Positions 26,309 through 39,623 of a stretch of 64,000 bases of DNA are shown here, piece by piece. Under the pieces are notes generated by a model, which was given only the letters and a program-made list of their open reading frames with translations, did no database searches and was not told the origin of the DNA. Source of the DNA: Lytechinus pictus (Eukaryota); assembly GCF_037042905.1 (NCBI RefSeq), contig NC_087252.1, forward strand, positions 19,904,001 to 19,968,000. The letters are read 5' to 3'. Position 1 is the stretch's first letter, and every line of letters starts with the position of its first letter. The position numbers and the translations under genes were made by a program.

Positions 26309-27126
26309 TTAACCCTAAAAAGACTGGGGGGGGGGGCTGATTCAGCCCCCCTCGACATTTTTCGCGTTAAATCCGCCGCGCGAAATTTTTTGACCGCGTC
26401 ACTCGCTGACTTTTTACTTTCAAGTCTCGCGCAACTTTTGAAACCAAAATTGTGACCCCCGGGTACGCGGTTCCGAAATTACACAACATTTTGTAAGTGC
26501 ATGCAGACCCAAAATTACTCAAAAACGTGAATTTGTGTACAAATCCAATGCAAATGGTGTTTTTAGCCAAAATTCATAAATGTATCATTAAAATGGTGTT
26601 TTTAGCCAAAATTCATAAATGTATCATTATTTTTACTTTTACTTTTACTTTTACTGCTTAAAATCAATTAATTTTATCTTTTTTATGGTCAAAATAAAGT
26701 CCCCGACGATTTCCATTGAAAAAACAATCAAAAACAAAAAGTCGAAAAACAAAGAAATACATAAGAAATTTATAAAACAATAGAATACATAAGAAAATAA
26801 ATGTGATGTTGAAAATTTTGAAAAATAAATTTGATCAGATGCCTATCTAGAGTATGTGAAACAAAAATTAGCATTTTAGGGGCATTATTTTATTAATTAG
26901 AGCAAACTTATGATTTTACGCATAAATTAGCATAATTAATGAGCAATGAGATTTTTCGCAGAATTTGATGTTATAGTTTTGTAGATAATGCCATGGGTAA
27001 CGCGCGTGCCAATTTTTGTCGCGATCGCGCGATCGACGGCCGAGATCATAAGGGGGGGGGGGCTGAATCAGCCCCCCCCCCCCAGTCTTCTTAGGCGTCG
27101 AAATAGCCCAGTCTATTTAGGGTTAA
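26309..27126. mobile_element. piggyBac-like MITE
   Basis: TTAA-ccctaaaaagactggg ... cccagtctatttaggg-TTAA. Confidence 0.8.
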
Positions 27127-27411
27127 GCCTCTTTGTAGGAATGAAAGCAAATTCAAGTTTTAATCATAATGTCATCATCGGCAGTGACTTGAAGCCGATT
27201 TGGACTTTAATCCAACCACAGGGTTTGCTGCAAAGCAAAATTATAGTATTATTATTCATAACGTTATGCTGAGCTTTAAATGGAAAAAATTAACTTCTCG
27301 GAACTTTCACATTTAATGGAAAATGTTATTTATTAAAAAATTGCGTCACCATCGGATCGCATAGCGTGCGCTGGGCATAAGTATTGAAAAATGTAAAATG
27401 CTTCGTCTTAC

Positions 27412-27522
27412 ATCCATGTTCGTCTTCGCTGCTATAGAGGCACTGAGTTTCTCCATCACATCGATCTTTATACTCCCAGCAATGGGGAGATCCAGTACAT
27501 GGTATGAAGGGGAGCTGACAAT
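27412..27522 (-). CDS. Gene A LDLa type Y exon (DCQLPFIPCTGSPHCWEYKDRCDGETQCLYSSEDEHG, last Cys split across the intron)
   Basis: 111 bp, phase 1-1, acceptor cttatag, donor gtaaga. Confidence 0.88.
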
Positions 27523-27721
27523 CTATAAGAAAAGAAAACAATAGTATAAGATAACTTTAACATTTTCATACAATTTATATACGATTTATATAGTCTACAT
27601 GTTGGCTCAGTTCACTTTAAAAAAATTCAGTTATTTTTCTATGTTGTCAGATTTCAAGAGAGAATTGGTCATTAATTTAAGATTTCTTGAAAAGAGTAAT
27701 AAGATAAAAATAACAGAAAAA

Positions 27722-28569
27722 CCGTAGGGGAAGGAGGGTAAGTTGTGACACTTTTTGCATTTTGCATGTTAGAATTGATATGACTAGTAATATTGTAGAA
27801 ATAAGTACCTTGCCTTTAAATTTGATTCTTGGGAAATATTTTCACCTATATATAACTTTCTACCCCCACACTGAAATTCGTTGTGACCTTTGAAAAAACT
27901 GATGTCAAATGGCTCAACTTGCCCCATCTGTGGGGTAAGTTGTGCCACGGTCTGGGGTAAGTTGAGCCACAAAAACTGTATACATAATGTATGCAGGAGA
28001 ACCAGGATGTCAATTTTTCATTTTAAGTTTTTTCACTTGCTAATTCTTTACAAATACTAACATCTTCTAAAAATAAAAGAACTGTCATGTGAATTTGCTC
28101 CTTTCTGTCTGCATATCAATGGCTTTTTCTGTTTTTTAATTTTTTATTATACATTACCATAAGAGTAACCATGGCTCAACTTGCCCCATGTTGGTTGGCT
28201 TAAATTAGCCCCGTCCAAACTTTTTGCGATATTTTCACATCCACATATTTCTTATGCATCCATCATGTAAAAGACTATGCCAAGAGTGAGAATCCATACC
28301 TGGACTAACAATTTTGGTCTTATTTCTATAATATATTTAAAGATGTGTGTGGGTAAACAGCACTTATCTATTTGGTATATTTGAAATTGGTATTTTTCGC
28401 TCTAAAAAATACTTTTTGATTCAAAGTTGAAAACAATGTGGTGGGGTTGAGGGTTATGCAGTGGGTCATCAATAAATGACACCACCACAATGTCTGACTC
28501 ATTCATTATTAGCCTGGGGGTGGTGGCTCAACTTGCCCCTATGCTCAACTTACCCTGCCTTCCCCTACA
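27722..28569. mobile_element. MITE with GTAGGGGAAGG termini and internal ggctcaacttgcccc subrepeats
   Basis: TIRs gtaggggaaggagggtaagttg / caacttaccctgccttcccctac. Confidence 0.65.
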
Positions 28570-29501
28570 TTGAAATAAAAAGCCTGTGAAATGTGAAACT
28601 AATTGTATATATTGTTTGTGTTTGTTTATTGATTTCAATGTAATAATAAGACAAAAAATAATAGAAAAAAAGTACAATGAAATAAAAAGCTTATGAAATG
28701 TGAAACTAATTGTATATATTGTATGTGTTTGATTATTGATGTTAATGTAATGAATAACTCTGATGAGGACAAAAAAATAAGATAACTTAAACGTTTCCAT
28801 GGTGAAGAAGATGTTAGTAGTTTTCATGGTACACCATGTATCTTTCTTGGGCAATTGTTGATCCCAAAAAGGACCACCCTAGCTTGAGGATTTGACAAAT
28901 GCCTTCTTGTCGCTCTCCTGAAAACGGCAAGAACGCACTTGTTGAAACATCGACATTGGTTGGTCCTTTTCAGGACCAACAATCGGCCAAGAAAGATACA
29001 TGGTGTACCGTGAAATCCACTAAACAATATAAGACAACTGATTTTTTTACACTGAGTGAATATCATAAATTTTGCGTGAGACCATGTGGGAAGCCAAAAC
29101 AATTATTTAATAATGGGAAGCTGTGAAGAATCAGAATACAACAATGCAAGTTTCATGCATTTTCACTGTTTATATAAACAAAAAATATATATGCAATGTA
29201 CCCGGCGGTCAAGTCACGAATTTGCATAAATTTACACTGCTGTACTATGTGGCTCATGTATTTTCCATTAGTTAATTTCACTTATAGCTCTGGTCTAGGT
29301 ATTTACGAAAGTGACAGGGTAATCTCAAATACAAAAACACAAGAGGCATAAGAAGGAGAAAAAGGAAAAGAAGCAAAAGATGAAAGAAGAAAAAATAAAG
29401 AAAAGACAAAGAAAGGATGAAAAAAAAATTAATCAAGAAAAACAGGAAACGCTAACAGTAGAAGGAAGGAAAATTAAACAAGAAATCCTGAAGCTTCTTA
29501 C

Positions 29502-29879
29502 CGACTACAGTAACGTTTAAGGTGACATTGGCTTGAACACCTTTCGGGATGGCTACAAGGACGTAGCCGACAGAATCAGGAATGGAGAAGTTCCGGGGGC
29601 TGTGATCTAGTCCAAAAAAATATGCAACAGTATCCTCTACAGAAGTAGGGTCCGTTCCCGTGCCAGCTAGAACTCTAAAGACATACTGGAGAGGTCCAGG
29701 ATCGTCTTGCGCTGTGATGTTTTGCATCTCGACGAAGAGTGTTGTCCCAGGAGGAGAGGTGAAGACATAGTGGGTGAAGTTGTAGAAGTTGCTGGAGGGT
29801 GTGTCGCGATCCCCGTAAGCGCCATCTAACCAACTTCTGTTTATGACGACAGACTCCCCAATAGCCAGGTTGACCTCGT
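29502..29879 (-). CDS. Gene A, Cys-free beta domain copy 3 (single 378-bp exon)
   Basis: Phase 1-1: ...DRDTPSSNFYNFTHYVFTSPPGTTLFVEMQNIT...AGTGTDPT...NFSIPDSVGYVLVAIPKGVQANVTLNVTVVG. Confidence 0.88.
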
Positions 29880-31106
29880 CTATAGAATGCAGAAAGAATT
29901 TCGACATTAGAGTTGAGAGGAAAATGTTGGATTAGTTATGGCAGAATCTAGAAATGCAATGCCTCGATGCAATAACTGTACAGTGGGTGGTTTAACCCTA
30001 AATAGACTGGGCTATTTTGATGCCTAAGAAGATGGGGGGGGGGGGGTGCTGATTCAGTGATCATTGTATTATCACTATTTACTATTTTTGTCTCTAGAAG
30101 CATCGTTTGGATCAATTTCTTTTACAAATTTCAACTTAGTTATCATGAACAAACGGAAAGCCCTTGTGATATTTGCCTGCATAAGAATGGTGTAAAAAGA
30201 CTTAATACAATTTATAACTACTTCAAATATTAATCAATTTCAGAATTTTCTGACAAATTGCGCTACTTTAGAGCTCACTCATTATGAAAGATGTTATGAA
30301 CATATTTTGTATAATTTGTGTGAGTTCTTGTGTAAATTTGAGATTATTAACTGTGTTAATATTATTCAAATTATGGTTATTCTGTTCACTGATACCCAAT
30401 ACACCCACAAAACGAACTAATGCATCATTAAGAAGGGGGAAAGAATCTGAATTTATCATGTGCTCTGAGAAATTGTCGGCAAATAAAAATGTTTCTATTG
30501 CTGAAACACCTGACAGGCATTGTTAAAACACCTGTTTAATCTTGTTGTCGGCTTGTCATGGTCAAAGCCGGTACTAAGCGGGTACATTCATATCCTTTCC
30601 CTTTTTGCAAGCCTTTGAGGCTTTTTGGGATACCTTTTTCTTTCATTATTTTTTTTTAAATCTCATCTTAATGTTTCATGATTGTATTTGTATATTTATG
30701 TTCAAAATAATGTATGATATTTGTATGTTTTATCATGTATATATTATTGAAAGAAATAAATGAGCGTATTTCCACTCTCCCTCAATACAATACAATATAT
30801 GCCTGAATACAAGGATCAGTGGAGTACCTAGGATTTTCCACAGGGGGGGGGGGGGGGAAACGGGCTGAAAAATTTGACAAGCAAAAAAAAAAGGGTCTTC
30901 AAGCTCGTCAGGGGGAGGGGGCAAAATAGGTATTCAAGCTCGTCAGGGGGGGGGGGGGCAAAATAAATGGGAAATGCAGAAACTTTGCTGCACAGATGTG
31001 GGGTATGATGCATGCCAGAAGACCTGGCAGCGGCATTTGTTAAGGTGTCCACGACCACACAGGCAAATTACGAAAATAGTGTTGGATTAGAACATAAGAT
31101 TCTTAC

Positions 31107-31229
31107 TGATAAAAGCTGTATGGTTGCAGAGACTTTCTGCCTCATCGTCGCCACTTGGGCAATCCTTCCAATAGTCACAGACTAGGATGTCATCTGGGCA
31201 CCAACCAGTTCCATTACAAGGTACACAGC
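31107..31229 (-). CDS. Gene A LDLa type X exon (GCVPCNGTGWCPDDILVCDYWKDCPSGDDEAESLCNHTAFI)
   Basis: 123 bp, phase 1-1, acceptor ttttgcag, donor gtaaga; not in the ORF track. Confidence 0.85.
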
Positions 31230-31235
31230 CTGCAA

Positions 31236-32184
31236 AACAAGTGGAGCACCTCTGGTAGTCTCGCCCGCATTACGCGATTTAATATATTAGCAGTGCTAAC
31301 TTTGAAAACTACTATAGCATAATTATTCACAAAAAGCACCATTCATATAATGATACACATTCATTGACCCTAAATGACATTTGACCTTGATCATGTGACC
31401 TAAGACTTGTCAGTGAAACATAATTACCCTTATGTACACATTTCATACGCTATAACCATATACTTTCAAAGTTATGATAACAATTTAACAATTACCTCCA
31501 ACATGGCCAAAGTTCATTGACCTTAAATGACCTTTGACTTTGATCATGTGACCTGAAACTCGCACAGTATGTTCAGTGATACTTGATTACTCTCATGTAA
31601 AAGTTTTATGAACTTGATCCATACACTTTTAGAGTTTTCATGGTAATTCAAGAAATACCCCCAACATGGCCAAAGTTCATTCACCTTAAATGACATTTGA
31701 CCTTCATCATGTGACCTGAAACTCAGCCAGGATATTCAGTAATACTTCATTACCCTTATGGCCAAGTTTCATGAACTGGGTCTATATACTTTTTTATGTT
31801 ATGCTGTCATTTAAAAAACTTAACCTTTGGTTAAGATTTTATGTTGACGCCGCCGCCGTCGGAAAAAGCCACACCTATAGTTTCACTCTGTTATGCTAAC
31901 TTAGCCTTAAGTTAAGATTTTGATGTTGATTCCCCCAACACGGTCTAAGTTCATTGACCCTAAATGACATTTGACCTTGGTCATGTGACCTGAACTCAGA
32001 CAGAATGTTCGGTTAAACTTGATTAATCTTATGTCCAAGTTTCACGAACTAGGTCCATATCCTTTTTTTATGTTATGCTGTCATTTAAAAAACTTAACCT
32101 TTGGTTAAGATTTTATGTTGACGCCGCCGCCATCGGAAAAAGCCACACCTATAGTCTCACTCTGCTATGCAGGCGAGACAAAAT
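31236..32184. mobile_element. Non-autonomous Helentron/HINE-like element with internal tandem repeats
   Basis: Starts aacaagtggagcacctctgg; subterminal inverted repeat gtctcgcc.gca / tgcaggcgagac; internal ~150-bp repeats carrying tgacatttgaccttg; sits in an A-run; second copy at 46960-47795. Confidence 0.65.
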
Positions 32185-32419
32185 GAAAGAAATTGGATTA
32201 ATATACAAATAATAAACATTTTATAAAACAAATAATGCACAGCTTTTAATATGTAAAGTGGCGATGCAGTACTCTCAAGGTTATCTACAATCAATGTCCG
32301 ATAACATTGATCGTGATAAGAAATACAGCAGGTTACACAGAACTTGCCATACCGGTACTTCCCTCCAGAAACTGTGTCCAAAATATTCAATAAGGGTTGT
32401 ACATTAATATCAATAAATA

Positions 32420-33032
32420 TACAGTTGAGGCCAGAAGTTTACATACACCCAGGAAATTCAAAGAAAAGTTGACGCTTGCCAAACATCATAAAATCTACAG
32501 TATCTTATAAAATATTTGTGCCATCATGACAAATTTGATATCAAACAAATGAGTATGTCATACCCCTTCATCAAATTGCTTTGTCATTAGAAGCTGACAA
32601 ATATTTAGGTGTCATTTTTTCCTGAAAAATCTTCATATCTTAGACAAATTAAAAATAAAAACTTGACAAAAACATTTCATATTTGTGCTAGATACTTCTT
32701 AACACAAACATCATTTTTTTGTTCAGTGGTGACATATCATGCTGGAAAATGTAATATAAATCATAGCTTTGACATTTAAATAATTCTATGAAACGATGTT
32801 TGAAAATATAATAACAAACAGTACAATACATTTGGCACAAATATTTTTTTTTTCTTCAAAGAAAATTCCACCTGAAACATACTTTAATCTCAACGGCATC
32901 CCAATCCTGTGAAAGAGCTTAATCACGGTAGTATTTGTATTTCTGGAAATATAGTGAATTTTAAGATGTATGGCAAGTGAACAAATTTCACTGAATTACA
33001 TGGGTGTATGTAAACTTTTAGCCTCAACTGTA
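32420..33032. mobile_element. Tc1-like MITE
   Basis: TA-cagttgaggccagaagtttacatacaccca ... tgggtgtatgtaaacttttagcctcaactg-TA. Confidence 0.8.
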
Positions 33033-33181
33033 TATACCAACAATGTACAAAGCTAACAAGTGTATCACACCAACAATGCCTGCAGAGGAAGGGAAGAGTA
33101 AAGCTAAGAAACTAGGAGGATGGTGGCTCTCCCCAGTGTCCAAGTTTCCAGGGCTAAAGTATCCCCCTAATAAAACACGAT

Positions 33182-33251
33182 GGCCCGTATTCTGAAGTTG
33201 GGTTTAAATTAAACCGAGGTTTAAGTTAAACCAGACTTCAGAATACGGGCC
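33182..33251. mobile_element. 70-bp hairpin, an internally deleted Harbinger-like MITE
   Basis: ggcccgtattctgaagt...acttcagaatacgggcc; a longer relative lies at 38487-38753. Confidence 0.65.
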
Positions 33252-33429
33252 AATATCTGAGAATCTCTGCCTTTACCCATTACTGGCCTTGGCTCACAGA
33301 GCTCTTGGCCACGACTACCCCTGCAAGCCTCGGAATTCAAATATGTTATCGGCAAGAAAAACCCCCACCAATATTAGCATAAGGGCATCAACATTCTGCA
33401 AAATACAATTTATAAAATCTTACAAATCC

Positions 33430-33925
33430 TGACCAACCAATCATCCATTCAAAATGCAATCCCAACCATCCAGCAAATTTACGATGGATGTTGCCATGCA
33501 ACCAATCACATCTTCAACAATCCCACATGCCCTCCAGCCATTTATACATAAATGTACAAGTCCAACCACTTTTTCAACAATCCCAACAATCTAACCAACA
33601 GTGGATGCAATTCCAACCACCCAACAAACCAACCAACCAACCATTTTTAACAATCCCAACCATACAACCAATTGTGTTGAAATGCAAGCCCAACCAACCA
33701 ATTAGAGATAAAACGTACAATCCCAACCAACCAAACAACCAACCAATCAACCGTTTTCTTTCCAGCTGAAATATCCAAGCAATGAATATGCAAGCCCAAT
33801 CACCAACCGATCAATTTTTGAAAGCCTAAACATCCAGGCCATGATACAATCCCAAACAAACAACCAATTTATGATAGCCAAAGTATTCAAGCCATGAATT
33901 TACAAGCCCAACCAACCAGCCATCT
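33430..33925. repeat. Degenerate (CCAA)n-rich low-complexity tract
   Basis: Repeated caaccaaccaa / caatcccaac motifs. Confidence 0.7.
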
Positions 33926-33981
33926 CATCCACATAAAGTGATAAATTGCAAATGTGCTTAAAAGAGAATAGTTATGACAAT

Positions 33982-34249
33982 GGCCCGAATTCACAAAGGT
34001 CAACTAAAGTTATACCGGGGTTAAATTTAGTCGGGGGTTAACTAATACCGGGGTATAAAGTTAGTCCACCGCGCTATTCACAAACGGTGGACTAACTAAT
34101 CCATGGACTAACTTTAGCACCCAGTGCTAAATTTAACCCACGGCTGAGTTATACCCCGGTGATAACTTTAGTCCATGGATTAAAATGACGTCAAATGACG
34201 CGTTTTATACCCCGGGTATAACTTTAGTCGACCTTTGTGAATTCGGGCC
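33982..34249. mobile_element. Harbinger-like foldback MITE
   Basis: ggcccgaattcacaaaggtc ... gacctttgtgaattcgggcc with long imperfect arms. Confidence 0.7.
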
Positions 34250-35864
34250 TATATGTCCAACCTCAAAACCGAATGATACAGTGCTGCTCATCCTATCAAA
34301 TAAATGGTAATCTGAAAAAAAATCCTCTGATATGTTTAGCAGCATACTCAATCACCTCATTTGAGGTGGTCTTCACAATTGTAACTATAGTCATATCTGA
34401 AACCTCATTGTTTTAAAGCACCATAGGACCCAAAACAGTGATTTTACATAATTTGTGTCAACAAAGTCCTTTAGAGGAATGAGGAGTGGGTGGAGGGCAA
34501 AAACCTTCTTGGATGGAAACTCAATTTGCGTTGCGAGGAAGCGCAATACAACTTACTAACGCGTATCAATTGTGACATAAAAACCGCCCGCACTTGAGCA
34601 TGGCGATGCATGCTTCAGCCACCAAACCAATAGGCAAATTGGTTAAACAAGAACTTCACCTCATTCTAACAAGCAATGATATGACTATGACAGAATTTAT
34701 TCGATAGTCAAATAAACTTATCATGATTACCCAAGTTGCTTGCATTACAACTTAAATATTAAGGCTGTGCATTATTTGCTTTACTTGGTCGTTAGTAGGA
34801 ATATGTATTTGAAAATTGGCTAAAACCACAATCATATGTCAAAAAAATTAACGCTGTACAATAGTAGAATATTTCTGAATTTCTTTATCGTTGGAGTACC
34901 ACAAGAGGCCAATGAATAAAAAAACACAAAAAATTAGAAACCCAGTGCACAAATCCATCTTTCTCGTCACTTAAATATGAAGTAAAAAATGGAAAAAGAA
35001 TAGAGAAATCTATCAGGCCTCATACAAAAATTTTCATTTATTTTTCTTTAATGAATCGGCTCTGACAAAAACAAATCTGGGTCCCAACCGACAGAAATGA
35101 TCAAGACCTGGACCCTGTCTTACAATGAGTTACGATTGATCCGATCAACCTCAGCTTCATAGAAATCCATCAATGTTGTCATTTCTACTACAGGAAATTT
35201 GCACAATGTCCTTTATAAATAAAGAGTAGCACACTGAATAAAAAAAAAAAAATGAATGTATAAATATATATATCTGGAAAATATAATGAAAAAACATGCA
35301 TTTTAGATAATGACATTGCTGGCATTCCAGTCGTGGTTGATCAGATCGCTCGCAACTCTTAATAAGAGGGTGCCCTGGCGAGTTCATACCGGCTCACTAC
35401 TTACATGTATTTAAAGTATCAGTATAGCCATCATTATATGGATATTATACTCAGCATAAATATAAACCTGATTAAGCATACACATGCATGTACATGTAAG
35501 TACAAATATACATGTAAGAATCAGTACAATTAAAGTATGTTCTGGGTACTAGTATAAACTCGTATTTAGCATGCACGTAATTATTCAATACAAGATTATA
35601 TCATAACTAAAAATAAAGAGGCCAAGTCCATTCCAACAAGAAGTTAAGTTAAATAAAGTGACAAGTCCTCAAGTGCATATCAAAATGTGTTGTACAATGA
35701 ACTGTTTTCTTTTTACATTCAGCAAAACGTTAAAATGCCACGAGCTTTATATTTTACATCTGAAATTATACATTTTGAATTGTCAGTGTTATAATCTAAT
35801 TTTTATCATTTTAAGATTTTTTTTTTTTTGGGGTGGAGTAGAATTTCACGTTTAATAATTTTAC

Positions 35865-35978
35865 CTGGACACTGGCTCTCGTCGCTTCCACTTGCGCAGT
35901 CATAAGTTCCATTATCACAGATACCTCGAGGTTGAACACACTTATTTTCATAGAAGCAATACTGGCCATTGAAACATT
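35865..35978 (-). CDS. Gene A LDLa exon (ECFNGQYCFYENKCVQPRGICDNGTYDCASGSDESQCP)
   Basis: 114 bp, phase 1-1; DC..GSDE..C motif. Confidence 0.88.
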
Positions 35979-37329
35979 CTGTCATATGAAGAGAGAGAAA
36001 GAACAAGAGACTCTGGACTGTAAAGTCAATTTTAAGGTAAAACAAGTCAATCGAAAGTCATACATTTCATTGCAAATTTACGATTGATTGATGGTTTGCT
36101 TCTTACATCAACAAGTATTTTGATTTTCTTTTGTTAGAATTGATCACTTGTAAATATGCATCTGAAGTTTGCAATTGATTGCAAATATTTGTCATACTTA
36201 AACGCCCATGCGCACATAATCTAACTGTACATGTACGTATTCTAATGATGACTCGGCAGTAGTGCACATCATCTACACGTACATGTATGATCTGTCTGAT
36301 GTCATGATGCAATAAATGTATATTAGGGTCTTTCCATTAAAGGTTGGAGCACAAATTGTGATATTTCAGCACAAATCAATACTTACTACATATAGTATAC
36401 TATGAATTTATTTAAGACCATACATTTTTCTGGAAATGTGGGGCCATTTAGCTAAAATTGGCACACAGGATGTCTGGGACACAATCTACAAAATTGCAGG
36501 GTAATTTATTTCATGCAAATTGCTATTTATTGATTAATAATTAATTAATAATATGTGTAATTACTATGCAAAGTCATAAAATTTCCTCCAACTCCATAAA
36601 GCTCCAAATGATGTAATTTTGGGTGTAGAAACTCTTTGTAGTGTTCTTCGCAAATGCGATATTACATCAGTTTGTTATGTGTTATAAATCGTTTTTTAAA
36701 ATTTCTTATGTATTTCTTTGTCTTTTTATCTTTTTTTGTTTTTCATTGACTTTTTAATGAACTTTGTTGGGGGCCCTTTTGAGATCATAAACAGCATAAA
36801 ATAAATCTATTCAGACAAGCAAAACTAAAAATAATCATGCATTTATGATTTTTGGTTGAAAACACAATTTGCATCAACTTTGAACAAGAAATCATGTTTT
36901 TTTAGCAATTTTGGGTCTGACATGCACTTAGAAAATGTTAGGTAATTTTGGAACCGTATACCCAGGCATCGCAATTTTGGTCTCAAAAGATGTGAAAGAC
37001 TTGAAAGTAAAAAGTCTGTGAGCAGCCCAGTCAAAAAGGTTCAAGGGGTGAAAATATTGCATGAATCGTTGAGGGGTGCCTCCAAGGCCCGCCCCGGCCT
37101 GGATAGGGTTAAATTAAATTTACATATTACATCTGTTTTATTTTATACCACTCTAAAGATATTTATAATGCCGCACAATGCAAATGAAATTACTCATTTT
37201 ATCTTAAAATTATCTTCTGGATTACACCTTTTTACTTTTAAAGGTACATGTACATGTAGGCAGCTCAGCATCTGTATTCATGGTTTTCACTATGTCAACA
37301 TCAGATTTCTTGATCACATACATGTATAT

Positions 37330-37735
37330 CACCCATCCTTTTCTTTTTCCTCCATCTTCCTCTTTCTCGTCCATCCTTGTATTCTTATCTTCACATCCTC
37401 TTCACTATCAGGACACTGAACTTCACCATCACATTTATTATCTATCCTTCTCTTTCTCCTTCATCCAAGTATTCTTACCTTCACAACCGTATTCATCCTC
37501 TTCACTATCAAGACACAGAACTTCACCATCACATTTATCATCTATCCTTCTCTTTCTCCTCCATCCAAGTATTCTTACCTTCACATCCGTATTCATCCTC
37601 TCCACTATCAAGACACTGAACTTCACCATCACATTTATCATCTATCCTTCTTTTTCTCCTTCATCCAAGTATTCTTACCTTCACATCCGTATTCATCCTC
37701 TCCACTATCAAGACACTGAACCTCTCCATCACATG
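37330..37735 (-). repeat. Short array (3 extra units) of the 100-bp exon-end/donor repeat
   Basis: Same unit as 48660-55360, contiguous with the exon at 37679-37798; the distal unit is degenerate. Confidence 0.92.
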
Positions 37736-37798
37736 TCTCCTGTATCCTGTCGAGGCAGTGCAGAGATCCGTAGCAGAGTTCCTCAGGATACTCACATT
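37679..37798 (-). CDS. Gene A LDLa type Y exon (ECEYPEELCYGSLHCLDRIQETCDGEVQCLDSGEDEYGCE)
   Basis: 120 bp, phase 1-1, acceptor gttcag, donor gtaaga; paralog of 55306-55425. Confidence 0.88.
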
Positions 37799-37911
37799 CT
37801 GAACAATAAAAAGAGAACATTGAGAATTTGGAGGTTTTTTTTTTAATAAACATTTACGACCAACTTGATTACATAAATTGCTCTCAATAACATACATAGC
37901 ACATAGCCTAA

Positions 37912-38281
37912 TAGCCTGGTCTTTTAGTGAAATTATGTGGACACGGTGGACAAACGCATGATTATTTTTCTCCAGACCTTTGTATATGTACAAGGATTGA
38001 AAATAGGGTATGCTCCAAAAAATCTGACAGCAGTGAAAAATATGGGTGAAAATATAAGAATTAATGAGTTTAAAGTGGTCTGATATATACGGTACATGTA
38101 GACTAATGCCGGTGCAAAACTCAATAGCAGTGCATTATATTGCATTCGCTTAGATTTTTTATTTTAATTTTCGTATAAGAATTTTAATTCTTATACGAAA
38201 ACAAAGGTCTGGAGAAAAAAATTGTGCTTTTGTCCATCGTGTCCACAAGTAGGGTATTTTTTACACTAACAGACCAGACTA
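37912..38281. mobile_element. MITE with TAG...CTA ends and TAA target duplication (Academ-like)
   Basis: taa-tagcctggtc...gaccagacta-taa; internal arms gtggacacggtggacaaa / tttgtccatcgtgtccac. Confidence 0.55.
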
Positions 38282-38486
38282 TAACTGTTTGGATTGTTCT
38301 CATTATAGGGCGAGCACATGAAAAAATGAAACTTCACGTCATACTGGACTGTATGTGAAACAAATCCCCTTCCGTTTCAAGAATAAAAGAATACTTGATC
38401 AATCAAATCTATGTAAATATAAAAGAGGAAGTACTTAGCAATTAATTCAGAGATGTCTAACTGAAGACACTGATCTCAAAGTCAAT

Positions 38487-38753
38487 GGTCCGTATTCTGA
38501 AGTCGGGTTTAACTTAAACTCTTTGTTACATAAATCACTAATGGTAGAGACATCATATTTCAGCTCATTTGGCTCTTAAATCATTCATAATTGTCTAGGT
38601 AGTATAAATAGATGATTGTCTTCACCTTCGATGAATCAGGAAAGTGCACAGCAAACATAAGAAACATGAAAATTTTGACACTTTTGGCTTCCCATAATTT
38701 TAGCACAGAGTTAGACCATGGTCTAAGTTAAACTTGACTTCAGAATAAGGGCC
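38487..38753. mobile_element. Harbinger-like MITE with AAT target duplication
   Basis: aat-ggtccgtattctgaagtc ... gacttcagaataagggcc-aat. Confidence 0.65.
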
Positions 38754-39203
38754 AATCAATCTTTTATCTATTGTGAATCAGTTGAAGGATTTATTTGTTT
38801 CTTAAAACTGCCAAGGCTCAAATATTTTGGTGAGTTCGCCATCCCCTTCCACCACCCTCATTATGTACTCTGCATGTAAATTGTGAATTGCATATTTTTC
38901 AGAAAACTCAAACAAAAAACAGCTTATTATGTTGCCCATGACATGATGCATTAGAGTTCACATTCATCAAACGTCCAAAAGAAAATATATGTCATACATG
39001 TATTTCTTGCTCTACAGCATAAAAAAAGCTTGAAATACATGTATACTTATTTTTTAAAAGCAATTCCTATGTATTTCAATGTGTGTTGAACTTTTCATTA
39101 CTTTCTTGATTACTTTTTCATGTGCTCCCGCTAAAATATCATACACATGGATTTCTATTTTTCAATGCAATACTTATATCTTTTAATTAATAACGCTTCA
39201 TAC

Positions 39204-39441
39204 CAACGGCTGTGACTCTAAAATTGATATTGAATGTCCCAGCAACAGATTTTGGGATGGCAATGAAAAAATAGCCCACATTATCCAAAAGAGAAAAGTT
39301 CGTGCTGGAGATATAGCTGCCAAAATATCCGTATCCATCTGAATATGCCAGGGCTGTCCAAATATCTGTTGGGTCGGTCCCAACTCCAGCCGAGATACGC
39401 ACAAGTTGCAAGAGAGGTCCAGTCAGATTAACTGTCAAATT
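39204..39441 (-). CDS. Gene A beta domain copy 2, second half
   Basis: 238 bp, phase 0 to 1: NLTVNLTGPLLQLVRISAGVGTDPTDIW...NFSLLDNVGYFFIAIPKSVAGTFNINFRVTAVG; same length as paralog 55731-55968. Confidence 0.88.
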
Positions 39442-39623
39442 CTGTATACAACACACAGGAGAATACAGAAACTAAATGATACAATCAATGAAGATTTGTT
39501 ACAGGTTCTGTTATTATTCTGTTTTTGACATCACTTCACTTCATAGAATGCATTATCTTTAAGTGAGGTGATGCCACTCACTGTATATAAGCTTGTGTAA
39601 TTAATCAGAGAGTTTGCTTATGT

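Noticed and set aside
33488..33769. Gln/Pro/Asn-rich ORF
   Set aside because: Translation of a degenerate (CCAA)n tract on the strand opposite gene A; no splice support.
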